A stretch of 64,000 nucleotides of DNA from Oligoflexia bacterium (lineage in GTDB: Bacteria > Bdellovibrionota > UBA1018), in the NCBI GenBank assembly GCA_963758495.1, contig CAVWVI010000004.1, forward strand, positions 96,001-160,000, read 5' to 3'. A model generated the notes under the pieces. It was not told the DNA's origin and searched no databases. It saw only the letters and a list, made by a program, of their open reading frames with translations. Shown here one piece after another: positions 48,822 through 59,119 of this stretch (positions within the stretch are counted from its first letter, which is position 1; each line of letters begins with the position of its first letter). Both the position numbers and the translations under genes were made by a program.

Positions 48822-49736
48822 TCATCGAATCATCAATCCTAGACTCAAAAGGATTCCAAACACCATTTGTAACAGTGCCCCTTGAGCTAGAAAGCCATTA
48901 TAAGCAGGGCTAGGCTCAGTATTTCTAATTCTTTGAATTAAGACGATCGCTAAGGGGAAAACCAAGAAAGGGAGCATACCTGCCCACATCATCCCTTGTC
49001 GAAACCAAAAACCACCCAATAGAAATGGAATTAAACAAAGACTGACAATTTCCCACCTCACCCTCTCAGGCCCTAAACGAACCGCGAGCGTTTTCTTGTT
49101 AGCCAATCGATCTGTGACATGGTCTCTGAGGTTATTAATTGAAATTAAAACTGTCGCCAAGAGTCCCACTTGGGTCCCTGCGATCATCGCATATGTATCC
49201 AAGGCTCCGGTATTGAGGAAGTAGACTCCACCCACAGCCACCCAGCCGAAAAAAACAAGGACAAATAAATCTCCTAAGCCAACATAAGCCAGAGGATAAG
49301 GCCCCCCCGTGTAGGCATAACCTGCCAAAAGCGAAAACATTCCGATTAATATAATTGACCATCCCCCCGCAATCACTAAGGGAATTGAAAAAAGTATCGA
49401 AATAATAAAACAGATGAGACCACCCCAAAGTACTTTTTCAGGTGAGAGCAATCCACTTTGAGTCACGCGTTGAGGACCGATGCGCTCTGAAGTATCCGCA
49501 CCTTTTTTAAAATCTAAAGAATCATTAATGAGATTGGTCCCAATCTGAATAAAAACTGCGCTTAGAAAAGCAAAAATACTGAGAACTGCTCGAATTTCTC
49601 CATGAATCGCATAAGCAAGCGAAGTCCCCACTAGAATAGGAATCAATGCAGCCGTGAGTGTTTTTGGCCGAACCGCCAAAAGCCAGACACCCATACCCTT
49701 CGTTTTTTTTCTATTTTTTACGCTGTTTTTATTCAT
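48822..49736 (-). CDS. menA: DHNA octaprenyltransferase
   Basis: RPKTL, QIGTNLINDSLDFKKGAD, YTGGPYPLAY and NNLRD motifs. Confidence 0.93.
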   Translation of the reverse strand: MNKNSVKNRKKTKGMGVWLLAVRPKTLTAALIPILVGTSLAYAIHGEIRAVLSIFAFLSAVFIQIGTNLINDSLDFKKGADTSERIGPQRVTQSGLLSPEKVLWGGLICFIISILFSIPLVIAGGWSIILIGMFSLLAGYAYTGGPYPLAYVGLGDLFVLVFFGWVAVGGVYFLNTGALDTYAMIAGTQVGLLATVLISINNLRDHVTDRLANKKTLAVRLGPERVRWEIVSLCLIPFLLGGFWFRQGMMWAGMLPFLVFPLAIVLIQRIRNTEPSPAYNGFLAQGALLQMVFGILLSLGLMIR

Positions 49737-49742
49737 TTTAAA

Positions 49743-50567
49743 TTAAGGCAATCTAGGAAATTGACGAAAATTCGGTTTCCGTTTTTCTACGAAGGCATTA
49801 CGACCTTCTTTTGCTTCTTCAGACATGTAGTATAACAGGGTTGCGTTCCCAGCCATATCCAACAAGCCCATCTGGCCATCGCAATCCGCGTTGAGAGAAG
49901 TTTTTAGACAACGCAAGGCGAGAGGAGAATGATCCAATATTTCACGGCACCACTTCAATGTTTCTGTTTCAAGTTCATCGTAAGGGACAACATGATTCAC
50001 AAGTCCCATTTCAAGTGCCTGTTCTGCCGAATACTGCCGACAGAGGAACCAAATTTCACGTGCCTTTTTTTGGCCCACAATTCGAGAGAGGTAACTACTT
50101 CCCAATCCTCCGTCAAAAGAACCCACCTTGGGTCCCGTCTGACCAAATCGAGCATTGTCCGCCGCAATCGTCAGATCACACACAATATGTAATACGTGGC
50201 CGCCACCTATGGCATATCCTGCCACCATTGCAATGACTGGCTTTGGAAGAGAACGGATTCTTTTTTGAAGATCGAGAACATTGAGCCGAGCAACGCCATC
50301 TTTTCCAACGTAACCGCCGTTTCCTCGTACTTTCTGATCCCCTCCAGCACAGAACGCGTCTTTGCCTTCTCCCGTTAAAATCACCACCCCAATGGAGGAA
50401 TCATCTCGACAATAGTCAAATGCCTCTAGAAGTTCTTTTACAGTTTCTGGGCGAAAGGCATTTCTAACATGAGGACGATTGATCGTTACTTTCGCAATAC
50501 CATCGTCAGTTCTCTCTAATTTAATATCTTCAAATTTCTTTATATGAATCCAAGTTTCCATATTCAT
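49743..50567 (-). CDS. menB: 1,4-dihydroxy-2-naphthoyl-CoA synthase
   Basis: [28 protein letters not shown] and [12 protein letters not shown] motifs. Confidence 0.96.
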   Translation of the reverse strand: MNMETWIHIKKFEDIKLERTDDGIAKVTINRPHVRNAFRPETVKELLEAFDYCRDDSSIGVVILTGEGKDAFCAGGDQKVRGNGGYVGKDGVARLNVLDLQKRIRSLPKPVIAMVAGYAIGGGHVLHIVCDLTIAADNARFGQTGPKVGSFDGGLGSSYLSRIVGQKKAREIWFLCRQYSAEQALEMGLVNHVVPYDELETETLKWCREILDHSPLALRCLKTSLNADCDGQMGLLDMAGNATLLYYMSEEAKEGRNAFVEKRKPNFRQFPRLP

Positions 50568-50596
50568 TACGTCCTTTTTTAAGCTCATTTTTAAAT

Positions 50597-52276
50597 TCAC
50601 TCGATTTGTTGATAACGTGTCCAAAACCGCTGAGTCGCATTTTCATCCGGAATCATTTCAATCATTCGATTTCCACGCTGTTTTTCAATTTTTTGAGGCA
50701 CCGTCTCCCATCTCTCATAGGAAAGGCCCCATAAATCGGCACAGGCTCGAAACCCAATCTGATGGCGGTTTTGAATCTCCTCCTGCGGAAACATCCGCGA
50801 AAAGATTTTTCCTCCGCCATTATTTACAATTAGAATATTCACTTGAACTTTAGGTATTTGAGGCAGAATCCACGGACCCTGCAAATCATAAAGGGCGGTA
50901 AGGTCTCCCACAATAGCCCAATTTTCAAAGTGAGATTCAGCATATCCTAAAAATGTAGAGATTTGGCCATCGATCCCATTAAGTCCCCGCGAACCCCAGA
51001 TATCGGAGAGAGGATGATTCTGAAGCTCCGCCACCAAGTCCCACTCACGAATAGGAAGACTATTGCCCAAGTAAACTCGTGCGGGGGCAGAGAGTCTCCT
51101 TGAAAGTGCCGCGATCATTCCGGGCTCAGAAAGAGGTTCATCCAGGAGTAAATCTTTAAGTCGGAAGAGTGCTTGATGATCTTGTTTTAAAAACTGCTGA
51201 AAACGAGATTCCAAATCAGGTTCGACGAGATTCTGATCTATCCACGTTTCATTGCAGATAAAATTTAAGTCTCCATGAACCACTGAAGAAGATCGTGCGA
51301 GTCCTGAGAAGGGCATTCGGCTGAGTGTTAATACCATCAGCTCTCTATATTTTGTCTCAAGGTCTCTCCATAAGCGAAGCGTGGGCACTCCCCCAATCCG
51401 AAGGACCCCATCAATGGGATAATCGTTCTGACTGGCTCTTTCCATTAAACGATCGGATAGATGAATTTTAAAAGGATCAAATCGAGGATCCTCACGAAGA
51501 CCTGATAATCCTTCAAAATACGTAGGTATTTGCCACTGAAGTAAAAGCTGGGCCAATGCCTCTCTCTCTTGAGGATGGATCATGCCTACGATCACCAAAG
51601 GATTTCGCACTTTCTGGAAAAATGCAGCCAATGCGGTTTTGGCCGCTGAGAGAGTTTCTTGAGATGGCTCTGCTGAGCGCTTTTCTTCAGTCGTGGACCC
51701 AAAATCCAACAATGAAGAAACACTTGCTGGATATTCTGAATCTATTAAGGGTTCATCAAAACAGATATTTAAATGGGTTGGGCTCTTATGAGAAATAAAA
51801 TCATGAGAAAAATTATCATGAGAAAAATTATTATGATGAGAACTATCAGTTTTTTCAAAGTCCTCTTCACTTGCAATGTCTGCCGAATGACAAACATAGC
51901 TTCCATATAAACCCACTTGCTCCGCGACCTGAGGTGCTCCAGACCCACGATAACTCCTGGGACGATCTGCAGTGATGAGAACTAGTGCCAAACCTGAATA
52001 ATGCGCCTCCATAGTTGCGGGGAGCAGCTCACCCGCTGCAGTGCCAGAAGTCGTCAAGACTGGCACCGGCCTCCCCGTACTTCTTATCCTTCCCAGTGCA
52101 AAAAATGAGGCTGAACGTTCTTCGAAAAAATAATAAGTTTTAAATTGACCAGGATTTGCAGTCAAAATTGCAATCAACGGAGCATTTCTCGCCCCAGGAC
52201 AAATACACAGCTCTCGAACTCCTTCACGATAAAGCTCTTGAAACAAACGAATGACGAGTCGAGTATTGAGTGTCAT
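50597..52276 (-). CDS. menD: SEPHCHC synthase
   Basis: [36 protein letters not shown] and GDL...NNGGG motifs. Confidence 0.93.
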   Translation of the reverse strand: MTLNTRLVIRLFQELYREGVRELCICPGARNAPLIAILTANPGQFKTYYFFEERSASFFALGRIRSTGRPVPVLTTSGTAAGELLPATMEAHYSGLALVLITADRPRSYRGSGAPQVAEQVGLYGSYVCHSADIASEEDFEKTDSSHHNNFSHDNFSHDFISHKSPTHLNICFDEPLIDSEYPASVSSLLDFGSTTEEKRSAEPSQETLSAAKTALAAFFQKVRNPLVIVGMIHPQEREALAQLLLQWQIPTYFEGLSGLREDPRFDPFKIHLSDRLMERASQNDYPIDGVLRIGGVPTLRLWRDLETKYRELMVLTLSRMPFSGLARSSSVVHGDLNFICNETWIDQNLVEPDLESRFQQFLKQDHQALFRLKDLLLDEPLSEPGMIAALSRRLSAPARVYLGNSLPIREWDLVAELQNHPLSDIWGSRGLNGIDGQISTFLGYAESHFENWAIVGDLTALYDLQGPWILPQIPKVQVNILIVNNGGGKIFSRMFPQEEIQNRHQIGFRACADLWGLSYERWETVPQKIEKQRGNRMIEMIPDENATQRFWTRYQQIE

Positions 52277-53521
52277 TTAAATAACCGCCTCGGGCGATGT
52301 CTCAAAAGATTCATTAGATCCAACGAAAGATCCGAAGAAGCCAAACATTTTTTTCACTGAATGAATCTTACCCTGCAGTTCACGCCATTCACGATCTAAT
52401 TGGCTTTGAGAAATAATTCCACATCCCGCACCTATAAATACTTGAGCGGAATTCCACTGAAGGTTTCGAATGGCCACAACACAGCGCGACTCCCCTGTCT
52501 CCCAACGAGCCCCTAAGGGAGCGCCAAAACGATAGCGTTCTGTTTTCTCCTGATAAGACGCCAACCACTTCATTCCTTCTTCTCGAGGATAAGCTCCAAG
52601 AGCAGGTGTAGGATGAAGCTGCCTTGCTAATTCCTCAATAGAAAAAGAAGTCGGTAAACTCATAGAAATCGGAGTGATCAAATGAGAAAGAGTAGGTAAA
52701 TTGAGCTCGGATGTAGTGCCCACTTCAATTTTCCCAAACTCTTTCCCAAACTTTTTCCCAAACTTTTTCAAAGAAGAGCAAATCCCTTCAATCACAATCT
52801 GATGTTCCTCTCGTTCTTTCGGGTCATCTAAAAGTGATGGTAACAGTGATGGTAAAAGAGCCGGCGCAGAAGGAGATAATTCAGAACTTGTTTTCAAACG
52901 AGTCCCTGCAAGGGCAACGGTATGAAGGACACCCTCATCACTCTGGCGAAAAAGCAGTTCCGGAGTCGCCCCTAATATCCCTTCCTCCTCGTTCCAAATT
53001 CCATACACATGAACAGGTAAATGACGTGAATACGAGAGAAGCTGAAGCATCCCCCTTGCTTTGTTTCGAGCGTTAACCTTAAAGTCAGCCTTTTCAAAGA
53101 CGATAGGCACAGCCTTCCTGAGAACGCCGGATTGAAACTGGTGCTTCAAATCTAAAAAAGTAGACTGAAATAAACTAAAGTCTGGCTTAAACCATTCTGT
53201 CGGTTTTTGAGCAGAGTCTGTGGCGCTATAAGAACTGATCTCAGAATCCAAATTCTTGACAAATTCAGTTAAAAACTGAATGAGCATCGAGTAAGGTACT
53301 TTCTCAGAAAAAGGAAATCCCCACCAAGGGGTTTCATCTTTCAGAAAAAAATCAGGAGCATAAGCGAAAAATCCCTTTTGTGCAGGCTTGGATACCCGAG
53401 ATGCACTCCCCCAGCCTAGCCAGAATTCATCAGTTCCAGAAGAAAGAATAAAACCTGACTTGAGAAATTCAATGATTGATAAGGTTACTACCATATTAAC
53501 TGAGTTCAGTGTGGCGACCAT
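52277..53521 (-). CDS. menF: Isochorismate synthase
   Basis: GATPELL, ALAGT, KEREEH, LHPTPALG, VAIR and GAGCGI motifs. Confidence 0.88.
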   Translation of the reverse strand: MVATLNSVNMVVTLSIIEFLKSGFILSSGTDEFWLGWGSASRVSKPAQKGFFAYAPDFFLKDETPWWGFPFSEKVPYSMLIQFLTEFVKNLDSEISSYSATDSAQKPTEWFKPDFSLFQSTFLDLKHQFQSGVLRKAVPIVFEKADFKVNARNKARGMLQLLSYSRHLPVHVYGIWNEEEGILGATPELLFRQSDEGVLHTVALAGTRLKTSSELSPSAPALLPSLLPSLLDDPKEREEHQIVIEGICSSLKKFGKKFGKEFGKIEVGTTSELNLPTLSHLITPISMSLPTSFSIEELARQLHPTPALGAYPREEGMKWLASYQEKTERYRFGAPLGARWETGESRCVVAIRNLQWNSAQVFIGAGCGIISQSQLDREWRELQGKIHSVKKMFGFFGSFVGSNESFETSPEAVI

Positions 53522-53565
53522 ACAAACTGGCTATTTTACTGTCAATGCCTTATAAGAGTTGACCT

Positions 53566-54420
53566 ATGCATTTTTTAAGTTCGTCACTCAATCCTAGTGC
53601 GAGAGAAACGGGACCTCATCGCTTTTCTTTAATCGCAGGCCCATGCTCAATCGAGTCCTATGAGCTTTTCCGTAAAGTTGCCGTAGAAGTAAAACGATTG
53701 GGCGCAACAGCTCTGCGCGGGGGCATTTTTAAAATGAGAACCCGTTGCGATACATTTCAGGGATTGGGTGCTGAAGCGATTGAAATTGTACACAGGGTCA
53801 AAGCAGAAGTCGGACTCCCCTTTGTGAGTGAAATTACTGATCCACGGCAAATTGAACTTTTGGCTGAAGTCGTAGATGTTTTTCAAGTAGGCGCTCGAAA
53901 CATGCACAATTATGAGCTCCTGAAAGAGTTAGGGAAATTGCACAAACCCGTTCTACTCAAACGAGGTCTTTCTGCTTATTTAGACGAACTTCTTGCCGCA
54001 TCAGAATACCTGATTAGAGCCGGAAATAATCAGGTCATTCTTTGCGAACGAGGGATTCGGACCTTTGAAAGATCCACTCGGAACACTCTCGATTTATCTG
54101 CAGTACCTTATTTAAAGAAACGCTCTGGATTACCTGTCATTGTAGATCCAAGCCATGGAACGGGAGTTCGAGAACTTGTTTCCCCTATGTGCTGGGCAGC
54201 CGCTGCTGCCGGGGCAGATGGAATTATGGTAGAAGTTCATCCCGAACCCGCGAAAGCTCTCTCTGACGGTGAACAAGCTCTCACATTAGAAGACTTTGAG
54301 ACCCTGGTGCCTAAACTTTCTCGAATCCTGAATGCAATTGATGGTCCTGTATTAATTGATGGCTCTGCATTAAAAGAACCTGAATTTGTCGAAAGGAATA
54401 TTTCTCAATGGGTAAACTAA
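53566..54420 (+). CDS. aroF: Type I-beta DAHP synthase lacking an N-terminal regulatory domain
   Basis: IAGPCSIES, QVGARNMHN, PVLLKRG, LCERGIRTF, VDPSHGTG and SDG motifs. Confidence 0.88.
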   Translation: MHFLSSSLNPSARETGPHRFSLIAGPCSIESYELFRKVAVEVKRLGATALRGGIFKMRTRCDTFQGLGAEAIEIVHRVKAEVGLPFVSEITDPRQIELLAEVVDVFQVGARNMHNYELLKELGKLHKPVLLKRGLSAYLDELLAASEYLIRAGNNQVILCERGIRTFERSTRNTLDLSAVPYLKKRSGLPVIVDPSHGTGVRELVSPMCWAAAAAGADGIMVEVHPEPAKALSDGEQALTLEDFETLVPKLSRILNAIDGPVLIDGSALKEPEFVERNISQWVN

Positions 54421-55121
54421 CTGCTGAAAACCCAGCTTCCATCCGAGAAATGTTTGGCATCATTTCTAGAAAATATGACTTAGTCAACTCTGTTTTGTCT
54501 TTTGGAATTCATCATTACTGGAAAAAGAAACTGATTCGTGAAGGCCAGGTAAAACCTCACGATCGAATCCTAGATTGTGCAACAGGAACTGGAGATCTCG
54601 CATTTCTTTTTGAAGCCAAACTAAAAGGCACAGGTCAAGTCATTGGAAGTGACTTCTGTCAGCCTATGTTAGACATTGCAAAAAATAAGGCACAACAAAA
54701 GAACTCACGCGCTCAATTCGATTGGGCCGATGTCATGAATCTTCACTACTCTGACCATCAATTCAATTTGGCAAGTATCTCTTTTGGAATCAGAAATGTT
54801 GCAGATACGAAAAAAGCTCTTTCTGAATTGGGTCGAGTGGTTCAACCCCAAGGGCGCGTCCTTGTACTTGAATTTGGTCAACCCCGCTCTCGTATCATGG
54901 CGGCACTCTTTGGGTTTTATTCACGCTTTATTCTTCCACTGATTGGTGGCTGGATGAGTGGCGAGCCTAATGCTTATCGTTATTTACAAACCTCTTCTGC
55001 TGCATTTCCTTGCGGTGAGGCTTTCTTAAAAATTGCAGAAGCCACAGGAAAGTATTCCCGGATGCGATATATCCCCTTGCAATCCGGAATTGCTTATCTT
55101 TATATTTTAGATAGAAAATGA
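54408..55121 (+). CDS. menG: Demethylmenaquinone methyltransferase (UbiE/MenG)
   Basis: YDLVNSVLSFGIHHYWK, LDCATGTGD, SFGIRNV and AYRYL motifs. Confidence 0.9.
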   Translation: MGKLTAENPASIREMFGIISRKYDLVNSVLSFGIHHYWKKKLIREGQVKPHDRILDCATGTGDLAFLFEAKLKGTGQVIGSDFCQPMLDIAKNKAQQKNSRAQFDWADVMNLHYSDHQFNLASISFGIRNVADTKKALSELGRVVQPQGRVLVLEFGQPRSRIMAALFGFYSRFILPLIGGWMSGEPNAYRYLQTSSAAFPCGEAFLKIAEATGKYSRMRYIPLQSGIAYLYILDRK

Positions 55122-55229
55122 CTCAACAGAAGTTTTCTTCTAGTGTCTTTAAAGGCTTTACCTGCCTTTTTTGCTTTTTCTTTCATATAACCTAGACGGT
55201 AGCCTCTATCCCGACTAAACTAGAAAACA

Positions 55230-55520
55230 ATGAAACGAACAGAAGCATTGAATATTATCGCTCGGCATCAAGATGATCTCGCTCAATTTAAGGTAAAGTC
55301 GCTGGCGATTTTTGGATCAGTTGCACGAAACGAAGCCCGTCCCGATAGCGATATTGACCTTCTAGTTGAGTTTTCAACCCCAGTTGGAATTTTTGAATTC
55401 ATAGATCTGAAAGAGTACTTAGAGAGCATCCTAAAAGTCAGAGTTGATTTAGCCACTGAGCCCGCTCTAAAGAAACAAATGAAAACCCAGATTTTGAAGG
55501 AAGCCGTCCGTGCCGCCTAG
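55230..55520 (+). CDS. MNT-type nucleotidyltransferase antitoxin; HEPN partner missing
   Basis: FGSVARNEARPDSDIDLLVEF motif. Confidence 0.88.
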   Translation: MKRTEALNIIARHQDDLAQFKVKSLAIFGSVARNEARPDSDIDLLVEFSTPVGIFEFIDLKEYLESILKVRVDLATEPALKKQMKTQILKEAVRAA

Positions 55521-55636
55521 AAAAATATATTAAATAGAACTTAATTTTACCTATAGAAATTTCTAACTCTCAGGAAATCCTGCATAGCCAGTAAAATCGT
55601 CCCAACCCATTTCGTTTTTTAGAAAATCAATTACAA

Positions 55637-55891
55637 TTATTTGGGAATTTCGTCTGAAACAGGTGGTCTGACTCTATTTTTTGAATTATTCGATTTAGCG
55701 CCAAATTTCTTAAAATTTTCTCTCGCTTCCAATAAAGACATCTCATTTGCACCCCCTTTAAACGTAGGATCATTAAACTGTACATCGTCATCTTCCCAGT
55801 TACAGACAGGACAAATTTCGAATGTACCGGAAAGCTCTTCTGATCTAGTTAAATATCCACAGCACGGACACGGATAACCTTGCTTATTCAT
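55637..55891 (-). CDS. CPCC-family cysteine-rich protein, putative immunity protein
   Basis: YPCPCCGYLT...FEICPVCNWEDD...GGANEMSLLEARENF; lies directly downstream of the toxin-like gene. Confidence 0.82.
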   Translation of the reverse strand: MNKQGYPCPCCGYLTRSEELSGTFEICPVCNWEDDDVQFNDPTFKGGANEMSLLEARENFKKFGAKSNNSKNRVRPPVSDEIPK

Positions 55892-55903
55892 AAATCTCAA
55901 CTC

Positions 55904-58174
55904 CTAATTTTGTCTTTCAAAATAGCTTAAACCTGCTGATGGTTTAAACATTGTTCGCGGAGCACCAGATGGGTCTCTAACTACAAAAATATTACTTTCT
56001 GGATGATAAAATACTGTAGCACCATCCTGTGACTTAACTTTAGTGAGAGTACCTGGTGGTGGATCCTTTATGAACCGGTGAGCTTCTTCAACATATTCAA
56101 GAGCGTTATTAATATTCTGAAAATCTCTCTTATGATCTTTCCAATGCCGAAAAGCATTCTTTACAGGATCTTTAAACCGCCCATCAGTCCATATTCCCGG
56201 TTCCTTTATATTTATTATAGCACCGGAAATATCTACATCTACTAATCCAATTTCATTCCTAACAATATTAAAAAAATTACTTAGCTCATCTTTACCTTGG
56301 CCTAAAACTGCCCCCGCCGCATCCAAAACAGGAACCACTTGATCCACCGTCAATTTCGATAGCCCCGTACCTAAACCAGCTTGCTCGACGCCCGAAGCTT
56401 CCTCTATCATAATTCCAGCAACGGTTTGTGCTCTCTCCAGGGCTAAGCCTTCTTGACCTTTTCCTGTTACCCTACTCATTTGAGTTAGTATTTCTTCTCC
56501 CACCACAGCCGCCAGCTCCGTGTCCACGTAAGACTTTGCCATGAGTATCAGAGCTTGATTGATCGGCGCCTCAACAGGACCCATGATAAGAGCTAGAATG
56601 GCTTCAGGCACCAAAAGTCCTAACGCCCTCCCTCTTTCTTCTGCGGTTACATTTCCTACGAGCCCGGTAGCGATTCCCAGTTTTTCTCCAACTTCGACGA
56701 AACCTTTTGCCAGTTTTTTGAAGAATTCCTTATCTGTCACGCTATAAAGAATATGATTAGGAATACATCTTACAATGGTTGGATCTGACGCGAGAAGGTC
56801 TACTGCTCGATAGATTCCCATTCCAACTTCCGTGAGTCCGTACATCACTCCTAAGCTGTAAGAATAGACCGCCTTGACTTGAGCCAGTCCAAACTCTGCC
56901 AACAATTCAATCTCCCACTGATCAGGACGTTTCTCTTGAGAAGCTTTGGCGGCAAGCTCCACTGTTTCCTCTCCACGAGTCAATTCTTCTCTTAATGAAT
57001 GAACCTGCTCTGCCGTAAGTTTCTCCGATAAAATAGGGTGGTCTAAACTCTCTCTCGCCAACTGCGCCAGATCATGAGTCTCTACTTCAATTTGATGAAT
57101 TCCCTCTCTAAATTTTTTCAATAACGGTGTTTCTGTCACATCCGGTAGCGGTGCTAATTCATTTAGCTTAAGGTCTATCTTTTCAAAACGAATTGCACGA
57201 AGGTCTTCTAGTCCTTTCTTTAACAGACTTTTGATATTTGCGTCTGTTTTTACGAGATTGGCTTCCGCCTTCTCCCGATGTTTTCTCAGACTTTCTAAAT
57301 ATCCATTCACTCTCTGACTGCGCTCTGCTAACTTCTGCTCAACCCTGGCCTTCTCTGCATGATGATATCCGGCCTCAATTCCAGCAAAATCGACTACCTG
57401 AGGCTGTGGTCTCATCATATGAGACTGCATCAAAGAAGGCGCCGAATCAGTGACACGAGTGGGATCAAAAAGGGTTCGATTTTGATTCAGTATCTGATGA
57501 GCATCATGATGTTGTGCAACAGATGGAACTTGCAGATTTGAATGTAATACAGCTTGATAAGGAGGGGGCGGCGGCAGTACCGTTGAACGTGCTGCTGGAT
57601 TTGGATTTAAATGAGGATGACTCCTGGAGGTTGGAGCGTTCGTACTAGTAGATGGTAAATCAATCGGGGTTCGCAAATCAATTGCATACTTTTGCAAAAA
57701 AGCCTCCGATTGCTGGCGAATCTCTTTCATCACATCTTCTGGCTTTCTACACCCTCCTGAAGAATTACAATCTAATGATGAAATAAAATCAAGGATATTA
57801 TACGATGCTAATTCTGCCCCAATATCCGCATTATTTTGCCGAAGCTGCTGTCCTTGCCCTTGAAAATAACCACTAGAGTTATGTGCAGCACTTATAGAAG
57901 CTTGAAAGCTATGTTGCTCAGAAACACTTTTGTAGGTTTCAATTACGTTTTGACTTGAATTCACCTCAATCTCAGGAGCTTGAGCAAGAGGATTTGCAGT
58001 AGCGTTCTCTTTAAACTCATAGTTTCTAAAAGTGGCCTGACTCTTTTGATAGACTCCTTCTGCAGTAAGAGTGGACTCTTGATGAAAGGAAAGATCTACA
58101 GGCATGGCACTTGCTGTACGAATGCCTAATAATAAAGAAATACTACAAAGATAAAAACCATGGCGGAAATTCAT
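55904..58174 (-). CDS. Exported polymorphic-toxin-like protein with a C-terminal putative nuclease tip
   Basis: Signal peptide, coiled-coil and hydrophobic mid region. The C-terminus NAFRHWKDH...YVEEAHRFIKDPPPGTLTK...FYHPESNIF...GAPRTMFKP resembles tips I recall from CdiA/Rhs-type toxins. Confidence 0.75.
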   Translation of the reverse strand: MNFRHGFYLCSISLLLGIRTASAMPVDLSFHQESTLTAEGVYQKSQATFRNYEFKENATANPLAQAPEIEVNSSQNVIETYKSVSEQHSFQASISAAHNSSGYFQGQGQQLRQNNADIGAELASYNILDFISSLDCNSSGGCRKPEDVMKEIRQQSEAFLQKYAIDLRTPIDLPSTSTNAPTSRSHPHLNPNPAARSTVLPPPPPYQAVLHSNLQVPSVAQHHDAHQILNQNRTLFDPTRVTDSAPSLMQSHMMRPQPQVVDFAGIEAGYHHAEKARVEQKLAERSQRVNGYLESLRKHREKAEANLVKTDANIKSLLKKGLEDLRAIRFEKIDLKLNELAPLPDVTETPLLKKFREGIHQIEVETHDLAQLARESLDHPILSEKLTAEQVHSLREELTRGEETVELAAKASQEKRPDQWEIELLAEFGLAQVKAVYSYSLGVMYGLTEVGMGIYRAVDLLASDPTIVRCIPNHILYSVTDKEFFKKLAKGFVEVGEKLGIATGLVGNVTAEERGRALGLLVPEAILALIMGPVEAPINQALILMAKSYVDTELAAVVGEEILTQMSRVTGKGQEGLALERAQTVAGIMIEEASGVEQAGLGTGLSKLTVDQVVPVLDAAGAVLGQGKDELSNFFNIVRNEIGLVDVDISGAIINIKEPGIWTDGRFKDPVKNAFRHWKDHKRDFQNINNALEYVEEAHRFIKDPPPGTLTKVKSQDGATVFYHPESNIFVVRDPSGAPRTMFKPSAGLSYFERQN

Positions 58175-58221
58175 AAAAATACTCTTAGTTTTAATTCTAA
58201 ACTTTTTTAATCCTACTTCAC

Positions 58222-59106
58222 TTATTCAAAAGAGATTTGTTCATAAAACTTCAATCCTTCACGAGTAAGATGATCTAAATCATTCTCCACTCTCATCTTG
58301 ATTGCCTGAGAAAGTCTGACAGTCATAGAGGGTACCACTTCTTTCTTAAGCTCCTGAATTGAAGGTAATGCGCTTGAACTAAATTGAGCCCTGATTCCTA
58401 AAATTTTTGAATAGATCTGCCAAAGACCACGCACAGCAGGAGAAACTTCTTCATATCGATTCGCAACAGCATAGACCCGAAGAATAGATTTGGCGTCTGA
58501 ACTCCGCTTCACAACTGCACTTAAAATTTTTGCATCGTCTAGGGAGGACTTAGTTTTAAAGCCATCTTTTTTAAGATGGATTCCACACACAAGGCCATCT
58601 GATAATGAATTCCATCTTTCTGATTCTAACTTCTTTCGAGCCAATTCTGCATTCATAATTAAATTATTAGAAGACAGAGGTTGAGCCGTCTTTACTGTCT
58701 CGGCAATTTGGTCTTCATATCGAATCAAATCTTTTAAAATAGGCAATGATCGCCGACTGCACTCTACAAATTTAGCTAAATTTTCAGAAGTCGAATGAAG
58801 ACCTGGACTGACCGCAGGCTCATGAACGACTTTATTTTTTTCAGGTGACAAACTCTCTCTCCTTAACACCTCAGAAGAAGCATTCTCATCGCTAGAAGAA
58901 GTCGTCGTAGCGACGGTGGAATGGGGAATAAAATGACCTATTGGAATACCTTCGACTAGGTAAGAGACCGTTTCACCTGGAATATACTGGCTTTCTTTCA
59001 GTTCATATTTTCCATGAGTCAATAGAACTGGATCAGCAAGTACTAAGGTAGTCAAACTTAACATCATCAAAACACATAAAGCTAAAGAACACCGAAATTT
59101 CATCAA
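58222..59106 (-). CDS. Exported hypothetical protein in the toxin operon
   Basis: 294 aa, signal peptide ending VLA, GAGGTG RBS. Confidence 0.7.
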   Translation of the reverse strand: MMKFRCSLALCVLMMLSLTTLVLADPVLLTHGKYELKESQYIPGETVSYLVEGIPIGHFIPHSTVATTTSSSDENASSEVLRRESLSPEKNKVVHEPAVSPGLHSTSENLAKFVECSRRSLPILKDLIRYEDQIAETVKTAQPLSSNNLIMNAELARKKLESERWNSLSDGLVCGIHLKKDGFKTKSSLDDAKILSAVVKRSSDAKSILRVYAVANRYEEVSPAVRGLWQIYSKILGIRAQFSSSALPSIQELKKEVVPSMTVRLSQAIKMRVENDLDHLTREGLKFYEQISFE

Positions 59107-59119
59107 TCACCTCAAACGA

